DNA of 64,000 bases from Alphaproteobacteria bacterium (GTDB taxonomy: Bacteria; Pseudomonadota; Alphaproteobacteria; Rhizobiales; BM303): contig JAJRYE010000013.1 in the NCBI GenBank assembly GCA_024275895.1, positions 26,211-90,210 of the forward strand. The letters are read 5' to 3'. Position 1 is the first letter of the stretch, and every line of letters starts with the position of its first letter. A model generated the notes under the pieces. The model was given only the letters and a program-made list of their open reading frames with translations, did not search any database and was not told the DNA's origin. Of this stretch, positions 58,820-64,000 are shown one piece after another. The position numbers were made by a program, and so were the translations under genes.

Positions 58820-58847
58820 CCCGGCATTTTTTTCCCGGCATTTTTTT
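58820..58847. repeat. Tandem direct repeat CCCGGCATTTTTTT x2 (candidate enhancer/bending element for the flgF sigma54 promoter)
   Basis: Two exact 14-nt copies at 58820-58833 and 58834-58847, about 65-105 nt upstream of the GG-N10-GC promoter. Confidence 0.5.
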
Positions 58848-58911
58848 CCGCTTCTCCCCTCTTCCCTCCTGTATTTTATGCTTTCTCTTTGTTTTTACTG
58901 ATTATTTTTCT

Positions 58912-58927
58912 TGGCACGGAACATGCT
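58912..58927 (+). promoter_or_regulatory. Sigma54 (-24/-12) promoter of flgF-flgG-flgA-flgH
   Basis: TGGCACGGAACATGCT: GG and GC at canonical spacing, 14 of 15 consensus positions (TGGCACG-N4-TTGC). 57 nt upstream of the flgF ATG. Confidence 0.65.
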
Positions 58928-58983
58928 TAATAAAACCCGAAGATGAATTTTGCCCGTTGGGGCCAGATCAGGAAGTCTTAACG

Positions 58984-59724
58984 ATGGAAAATGCACTGCT
59001 CATCGGTCTCTCGCAGCAAGCCGCATTGCGGCGGCAGATGAACGTGATTGCCAATAATCTGGCGAATATGAACACGTCCGGGTTCAAGAGCGAGAGATTG
59101 CTGTTTGAGGAATATGTCATGCCGGTGGCGCGGGACAATAACTGGCGCGCCGGATCAAACCGGCTGTCTTATGTTCAGGACGGCGCCATATTGCGCAATT
59201 TTGAACCCGGGCGCATGAAGCGCACCGATAATCCGTTTGATGTGGCGATAAACGGCAAGGGATGGTTTGTCGTCCAGACCAAAAACGGCGAGCAATACAC
59301 CAGAAACGGGCATTTCAGCATTGATACAAAGGGCAATCTCACCACCTCCTCGGGCGATCCGGTTCTGCTTGAAGGCGGTCTGATCACTTTTGGCCCCGAG
59401 GAAACCGATTTCTCCATCACAAAGGACGGCATGGTGAGCACCAATGCGGGCCAGAAGGGCCGTCTGCGGATTGTCCAGTTTGAGAACGAACACAAATTGC
59501 AAAAAGAAGGCAACAGTCTGCTTTCAAGCCCCGAGGCCCCGGTGGCCGCTGAAAATATCAGCCTGTTTCAGGGCATGCTTGAGAATTCAAATGTGAACCC
59601 GGTCATGGAAATGACCCGCATGATCGAGGTGCAGCGCGCCTATACCCGCGCCAGTTCCATGCTGGATAAAGAGCATGAGCTGATGCGCGACACCATCAAC
59701 AAACTGGGCCGTGCGCCGAACTAG
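58984..59724 (+). CDS. flgF: Flagellar basal-body rod protein FlgF
   Basis: ATG 58984 gives MENALLIGLSQQAALRRQMNVIANNLANMNTSGFK... C-terminal ...LENSNVNPVMEMTRMIEVQRAY. Confidence 0.9.
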   Translation: MENALLIGLSQQAALRRQMNVIANNLANMNTSGFKSERLLFEEYVMPVARDNNWRAGSNRLSYVQDGAILRNFEPGRMKRTDNPFDVAINGKGWFVVQTKNGEQYTRNGHFSIDTKGNLTTSSGDPVLLEGGLITFGPEETDFSITKDGMVSTNAGQKGRLRIVQFENEHKLQKEGNSLLSSPEAPVAAENISLFQGMLENSNVNPVMEMTRMIEVQRAYTRASSMLDKEHELMRDTINKLGRAPN

Positions 59725-59753
59725 ACCACGCCTGACCGAGGGAGAAGAAACAG

Positions 59754-60542
59754 ATGCAATCACTCAATATCGCCGCCACGGGCATGATGGCGCAGCAGCT
59801 CAATGTCGAAGTGATATCCAATAATATCGCCAATATGCGCACCACTGGGTTCAAGAAGCAGCGGGCCGAATTTCAGGACCTTTTGTACCAGAACCTTCGC
59901 CGGGTGGGCTCAAGCTCATCGGAAAGCGGCACCATCGTGCCTTCGGGGGTGCAGATCGGCGGTGGCGTCAAAACCGGCGCAACCTACCGGATCATGAGCC
60001 AGGGAACGCCTATCCGCACCGACAAAAAGCTTGATGTTGCCCTGCGCGGCGAGGGCTATTTCCAGATTGACCTTCCCGATGGCCGCACCGCCTATACGCG
60101 CGACGGCTCCTTTGCGCGCAACGCCAGCGGCACATTGGTGACAATTGACGGCTACACCGTCAGGCCGACTATCACCATCCCGGCAAATGCCCGTTCCATT
60201 TCAATCAGTTCGGAGGGCAGTGTCGAGGTGCTGCTGGACAACCAGACAACGCCGACAAATGCCGGACAGATCGAGCTGGCCCGCTTTGCCAACAGCGCCG
60301 GGCTTGAAGCGATTGGCGATAATATGTTTCTGGAGACGCCGTCGAGCGGCTCGCCCTCGACCGGCGCCGCCGGGGATCCGGGTTTCGGCAATATCCTGCA
60401 AGGGTTTCTGGAGCAGTCCAATGTCAATGCGGTGTCGGAAATTTCCGATCTGATCATGGCGCAGCGCGCTTATGAGATGAACACCAAGGTAATCACGGTT
60501 TCCGACGAGATGATGTCCACAACCGCCAATCTGAAACGTTGA
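59754..60542 (+). CDS. flgG: Flagellar distal rod protein FlgG
   Basis: MQSLNIAATGMMAQQLNVEVISNNIANMRTTGFK...YTRDGSF...LEQSNVNAVSEISDLIMAQRAYEMN.KVI. Confidence 0.93.
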   Translation: MQSLNIAATGMMAQQLNVEVISNNIANMRTTGFKKQRAEFQDLLYQNLRRVGSSSSESGTIVPSGVQIGGGVKTGATYRIMSQGTPIRTDKKLDVALRGEGYFQIDLPDGRTAYTRDGSFARNASGTLVTIDGYTVRPTITIPANARSISISSEGSVEVLLDNQTTPTNAGQIELARFANSAGLEAIGDNMFLETPSSGSPSTGAAGDPGFGNILQGFLEQSNVNAVSEISDLIMAQRAYEMNTKVITVSDEMMSTTANLKR

Positions 60543-60556
60543 CGGGATAATCCGGC

Positions 60557-61597
60557 ATGACCATTAAACCACTCACATTCGCCCTGCTGGCAAGCCTGCT
60601 CATCCTGGTTCTGCCGCAGATAATCCAGGCCGCGGAGCGTTCCGGCGAGGCGCGGCTGATCGCACGCCCCAATGTTCAGGTCTCCAGCGTTCTGGTGACG
60701 CTCGGGGATTTGTTTGAAAATGCCGGCGCAAAATCGGAAATCGCCGTGTTTCGCGCCCCCGCGCCGGGTAAAACCGGATATATCCGCGCCGGGCGGCTCA
60801 TGGAGGCCGCCAGGAAGCACGGTCTGGAATGGGACAACCCCGACGCCCTGCCCCGGATCAATATCGCCCGCCAGAGCCGTGTCATATCACCTGAGGATAT
60901 CACCGCTTCGATACGAAAAAAGCTGATCGAAACCTCGGCCATACAAGACGATGAAGGCTCTCTTAACCTGCGGTTTTCAAAGTCTCCCGGCCCGATACAT
61001 CTGCCGCTCGACAGTTCGGCCGACTTTGATGTTGGCAATGTAAACTATGATGCCAATAGCGGACGTTTCACCGCCGTGCTCAACGCCACCGGCGCGGATG
61101 GCCGGCCCGTAAAGCGAATTTATTATTCCGGGACTGCGATCCGGACCCTGAAAGTTCCGGTTCTGAGCCATCCTCTGGATCGCGGCAGTGTCATCGGCGC
61201 CGAGGATATAACAACCATGGACATCCCTTTGAGGAATCTCAACCGGGCGCCCTTGCGGCATGTCTCGGAGATGGTCGGAATGGCGGTAAAACGCAATATC
61301 CGCGCCAATACGGTTATCTTTAAACGCGATATCGAGCCGCCGCGAATCGTCAGGCGCAACGCGCTGGTGCGCATTATATTCAAAACCCCGGGGCTGGCGC
61401 TGACCACCAAGGGCAAGGCGCTGGCGAGCGGGGCGCTGGGGGACGTGATCGACGTTCTCAATGTCCGCTCCAAACGAATCATCCAGGTCACGGTTATTGC
61501 CAAAAACACTGTGTCGCCGGTCGCTGACACGGCTGTTTTCATCGGACGCACGGCAATGGCGGCAAAACGATATAAAGGCGGAAGTTCATATGAGTAA
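60557..61597 (+). CDS. flgA: Flagellar P-ring assembly chaperone FlgA (long form)
   Basis: Signal peptide; SAF-like and C-terminal FlgA pattern ...RRNALVRIIFKTPGLALTTKGKALASGALGDVIDVLNVRSKRIIQVTV. Position between flgG and flgH. Confidence 0.8.
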   Translation: MTIKPLTFALLASLLILVLPQIIQAAERSGEARLIARPNVQVSSVLVTLGDLFENAGAKSEIAVFRAPAPGKTGYIRAGRLMEAARKHGLEWDNPDALPRINIARQSRVISPEDITASIRKKLIETSAIQDDEGSLNLRFSKSPGPIHLPLDSSADFDVGNVNYDANSGRFTAVLNATGADGRPVKRIYYSGTAIRTLKVPVLSHPLDRGSVIGAEDITTMDIPLRNLNRAPLRHVSEMVGMAVKRNIRANTVIFKRDIEPPRIVRRNALVRIIFKTPGLALTTKGKALASGALGDVIDVLNVRSKRIIQVTVIAKNTVSPVADTAVFIGRTAMAAKRYKGGSSYE

Positions 61598-62339
61598 GAA
61601 ACAGGCCGGAATTGCCCTGGCGCTTATCCCGCTCACGGCGCTTTCCGCATGCGGGTCACTGGAAAGACTGGAAAATATCGGACGCCCCCCCGCCCTTTCG
61701 GCAATTGAGAGCCCGAAGGAGAAACCGGGCTATAAACCGGTGCGCATGCCCATGCCGGTCATAACCGGCTCGGTGCATGAACCGAACTCGCTGTGGCGCT
61801 CCGGCGCAAGGGCGTTTTTCAAGGATCAGCGGGCGCGGCGCATTGGTGATATCCTGACGGTTAATGTGCGCATCACGGATAACGCCAAGATCGACAACAA
61901 GACCACCCGCACGCGCAATAATGCCGAGAATTCCGGCATAACGGCCCTGGCCGGTTTTGGCAAACTGGCATTAAAACTCCTGCCCAACGGCGCCACGCTT
62001 GATCCGCTGGCCAAAACCGATTCTTCTTCAAAATCAGAAGGCGAGGGCAAGGTTGACCGCAAGGAAACCCTGACCGTGACCATGGCGGCGGTTGTCACCC
62101 AGGTGCTGCCCAACGGCAATCTGGTGATCGAGGGCAAACAGGAGGTCCGGGTCAATTTCGAGGTGCGCGAGCTGATCGTCGCCGGCGTCGTGCGGCCGGA
62201 AGATATTTCCGCCAGCAACACGATCGAGAGCTCCAAGATCGCCGAAGCGCGTATCTCCTATGGCGGCCGCGGCCAGATCACCGATGTGCAGCAGCCAAGA
62301 TATGGCCAGCAGGTGCTTGATATCCTGCTGCCGTTTTAG
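61590..62339 (+). CDS. flgH: Flagellar L-ring lipoprotein FlgH
   Basis: ATG 61590 gives MSKKQAGIALALIPLTALSACGS (lipobox). ...SLW...RARRIGDILTV.V...A...N.T...MAAVVTQVLPNGNLVIEGKQEVRVN.E...L.VAGVVRPEDI...N.I.S..IAEARISYGG.G. 8-nt overlap with flgA. Confidence 0.9.
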   Translation: MSKKQAGIALALIPLTALSACGSLERLENIGRPPALSAIESPKEKPGYKPVRMPMPVITGSVHEPNSLWRSGARAFFKDQRARRIGDILTVNVRITDNAKIDNKTTRTRNNAENSGITALAGFGKLALKLLPNGATLDPLAKTDSSSKSEGEGKVDRKETLTVTMAAVVTQVLPNGNLVIEGKQEVRVNFEVRELIVAGVVRPEDISASNTIESSKIAEARISYGGRGQITDVQQPRYGQQVLDILLPF

Positions 62340-62476
62340 AGGATATCAAAGGAAGGGCCGCTCAAAATCCCCGCCAGTCCGGGGTTGTAGCCCGGTCCGG
62401 AAGGTTTTGAATTATCGAGCTGTACCAGACGAGGTAATATACACCGTCCGGCAAAGGCAAGGGAGGTGTGTGACGC

Positions 62477-62902
62477 TTAGTCGGAGCGGTAAACCCTCTC
62501 GCGGCGTTCGTGGCGCTCCTGGGCTTCGATGCTTAAAGTGGCGATGGGACGGGCGTCGAGGCGTTTCAGGTTGATCGGTTCGCCGGTTTCCTCGCAATAG
62601 CCATAGGTGCCTTCATCGATACGGCGGATGGCGGCGTCGATTTTGGCGATCAGTTTGCGCTGGCGGTCCCGGGTGCGCAACTCCAGCGAACGGGCGGTTT
62701 CGGACGTTGCCCGGTCGGCCATATCGGGATGATTGCCGCGTCTTTCCTGCAGATGTTGCAGGGTATCGCGGCTTTCGCGCAAAATATCCTCTTTCCAGGC
62801 AATCAACTTGTCACGGAAATAGTTTTTTTGCTTGTCACTCATGAAAGGCTCATCCTGATTCAGGATTATCGCCTTGTTATCGTTCAAATTGTTTGTGCTC
62901 AT
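62477..62902 (-). CDS. dksA: RNA polymerase-binding regulator DksA (one-Cys, zinc-finger-less type)
   Basis: ATG 62902. ...DEPFMSDKQKNYFRDKLIAWKEDILRE...HPDMADRATSETARSLELRTRDRQRKLI.KI..A..RI.EGTYGYCEETGEPINLKRLDARPIATLSIEAQERHE. Acidic tip DxxDxA is present. Confidence 0.85.
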   Translation of the reverse strand: MSTNNLNDNKAIILNQDEPFMSDKQKNYFRDKLIAWKEDILRESRDTLQHLQERRGNHPDMADRATSETARSLELRTRDRQRKLIAKIDAAIRRIDEGTYGYCEETGEPINLKRLDARPIATLSIEAQERHERRERVYRSD

Positions 62903-63048
62903 AACCTTTGCTCGCGATCTGCCTTCCGAGTCATTTTGAGGCTTTATAAGCCCTGTTTGCCTCATTCGCAATACCAAGCGAATATTCTGGAATTTTAACC
63001 AGATTGCGATTGCGCAAGCCCTGATTGCAGAGCGCTTCAATCATGAAA

Positions 63049-63474
63049 TCAATAGCGGCCAAGCTTGGCCAGTTCGACCCGGACGCGAAGCTCGATGCCA
63101 TCGAGAAGATCGCCCAGTTTTGTATCACCGGCCAGGCCATGCTGTTTTGCGGCCAGAGAAGACAATTGCAACAACCGCGTTTCGGAAACGCGCCCGTCAA
63201 GCAGGCCAATGCGTATATCTTCAAGAATATCCAGCATTTCACCGGCGCGGCGCACGGCTTTTTTTCGCTTTGCCACGGGATCGGGCACCGCCTGCAGGGC
63301 CAGCAGGGCGTCAATGCCGTTGACGCTGCCCGGCCCGGCGATTTCAACGGCCGGCTTTGGCGCCGCGTTTCCGGCGGCGGAATCAAGAGCAAATCCCGAT
63401 GTCCGGCCGGCGCCGCGTTTGCTCTTTCCGCTGCCCGATATCCGACCGCCCGCAGATGACCCAGTGACACGCAT
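63049..63474 (-). CDS. fliX: Flagellar assembly regulator FliX
   Basis: ATG 63474 gives MRVTGSSAGG...VNGIDALLALQAVPDPVAKRKKAVRRAGEMLDILEDIRIGLLDGRVSETRLLQL...ELAKLG. Matches my recollection of Caulobacter FliX, and is divergent from flgI as in Caulobacter. Confidence 0.75.
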   Translation of the reverse strand: MRVTGSSAGGRISGSGKSKRGAGRTSGFALDSAAGNAAPKPAVEIAGPGSVNGIDALLALQAVPDPVAKRKKAVRRAGEMLDILEDIRIGLLDGRVSETRLLQLSSLAAKQHGLAGDTKLGDLLDGIELRVRVELAKLGRY

Positions 63475-63536
63475 ATTAAGGTCAAAGCCCTTCAAGGAGT
63501 TGCATTCATAACCACACCAAGCTTGCGCGTTTATGG

Positions 63537-63551
63537 TTAACACCGCGTTAA
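63537..63551 (-). promoter_or_regulatory. CtrA box upstream of fliX
   Basis: Minus strand reads TTAACGCGGTGTTAAC, a full match to TTAA-N7-TTAAC in the fliX orientation. 63-77 nt upstream of the fliX ATG. Confidence 0.55.
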
Positions 63552-63554
63552 GCC

Positions 63555-63569
63555 GGGCAAGAATTGCCC
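63555..63569. promoter_or_regulatory. Perfect dyad GGGCAA-GAA-TTGCCC (candidate enhancer / ftr-like site for flgI)
   Basis: Seen within CCGGGCAAGAATTGCCCATCGCGGCAAAAAGCC, about 95-105 nt upstream of the flgI sigma54 promoter. Confidence 0.4.
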
Positions 63570-63661
63570 ATCGCGGCAAAAAGCCCCCGAAGAGGGCCGT
63601 AATTTAAAACCTGGTGAAATATTTTTTTCTTGTTTTTCAGCAGGTTAGGCTTTGACGCAAC

Positions 63662-63677
63662 TGGCGCGTCTTTTGCA
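63662..63677 (+). promoter_or_regulatory. Sigma54 (-24/-12) promoter of flgI
   Basis: TGGCGCGTCTTTTGCA: GG-N10-GC at exact spacing, -12 element TTGCA. 49 nt upstream of ATG 63726. Confidence 0.65.
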
Positions 63678-63725
63678 ACAAACGGTTGAACATGAAAAAA
63701 CCGCCGATTAAACAGGAAATGTGAA

Positions 63726-64000
63726 ATGCCCAATCTGGCGCCAAGAAAATTATCAATTTTTTGTCTGGCCCTGGCAAGCCTGTTCTGGTTTGGCACAGCC
63801 GGGGCGACCTCGCGCATCAAGGATCTGGCCGATTTTGAAGGCATTCGCGAAAACCAGCTGGTCGGCTAGGGGCTGGTTGTCGGCCTGAACGGCACCGGCG
63901 ACACGCTGGGAAAATCGCCCTTTACGCTGCAGAGCCTGCAATCCATGCTTGAACGCATGGGGGTGAACACCCGCGACGCCAAACTCAGCACGGCAAATGT
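63726..64000 (+). pseudogene. flgI: Flagellar P-ring protein FlgI, interrupted by an in-frame TAG at codon 48 (63867-63869); continues off the right edge
   Basis: Own translation: MPNLAPRKLSIFCLALASLFWFGTAGATSRIKDLADFEGIRENQLVG-TAG-GLVVGLNGTGDTLGKSPFTLQSLQSMLERMGVNTRDAKLSTAN, one frame throughout. Absent from the ORF track because both pieces are under 60 aa. Confidence 0.8.

Noticed and set aside
63867-63869. TAG in flgI as programmed recoding (pyrrolysine or other)
   Set aside because: Nothing in the window supports this (no pyl genes, no recoding structure noticed) and the taxon context argues against it. A point mutation or sequencing error at a Tyr codon is the simpler reading. It is kept as a finding, not as recoding.
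1-64000. Search for CRISPR arrays, tRNA/rRNA genes, transposases, integrases and prophage genes
   Set aside because: None noticed. No T-loop or acceptor-stem patterns, no regularly spaced direct repeats, and no recombinase-like ORFs. The visual scan of 64 kb is not exhaustive, so a dot-plot or tRNAscan/Infernal run would settle it.

Overview
Moderately GC-rich chromosomal segment with alphaproteobacterial gene content and order; mostly core genome. No rRNA, tRNA, CRISPR array, transposase or integrase was seen, but the repeat search was by eye and is not exhaustive. Left to right: (1) 1-9.2 kb, an exopolysaccharide locus (ExoP/GumC-like co-polymerase, Wza-like exporter, GT4, priming glycosylphosphotransferase, Wzy/O-antigen-ligase-like) preceded by a U32 peptidase fragment, an L,D-transpeptidase and an OmpA lipoprotein. 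(2) 9-24 kb, housekeeping genes: DUF3126-cysE, enoyl-CoA hydratase, hydrolase, ppiD-trpEGDC-moaC-moeA, a NIT-domain MCP, and leuA with a Leu-rich leader ORF. (3) 24-42 kb, a redox and sulfur-flavoured stretch: PhzF, a NapC/NirT-cytochrome c4 fusion with six CXXCH motifs, convergent type I sulfide:quinone oxidoreductase, a MarR(LdtR-like) and L,D-transpeptidase pair split by a nested palindromic element, a small accessory cassette (RelE/ParE-like fusion ORF, membrane protein, membrane-anchored SNase), peroxiredoxin-oxyR, CDGSH, flavin reductase, bpt, and a cysK-like/alaX/sseA/GNAT operon. (4) 42-44.5 kb, an orphan secreted protein with a Cys/Lys/Arg-rich tail plus an OmpA-like protein. (5) 44.4-64 kb, cckA and a Caulobacter-style flagellar regulon (flhB-fliR-fliQ-fliE-flgC-flgB; fliO-fliP; fliL-fliM plus three accessory genes including a 1196-aa TPR protein; flgF-G-A-H; dksA; fliX; flgI). 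CtrA-box-like sites sit before the early operons and GG-N10-GC sigma54 promoters before flgF and flgI. Items most worth a second look: an in-frame TAG inside flgI, the fused antitoxin-like/RelE-ParE-like ORF and its cassette, the giant TPR protein in the flagellar operon, a 3 x 21-aa acidic Trp repeat on FliM, and the orphan Cys-rich secreted protein. I did not find a clear, complete novel multi-gene system; the candidates are inferences from sequence patterns only.
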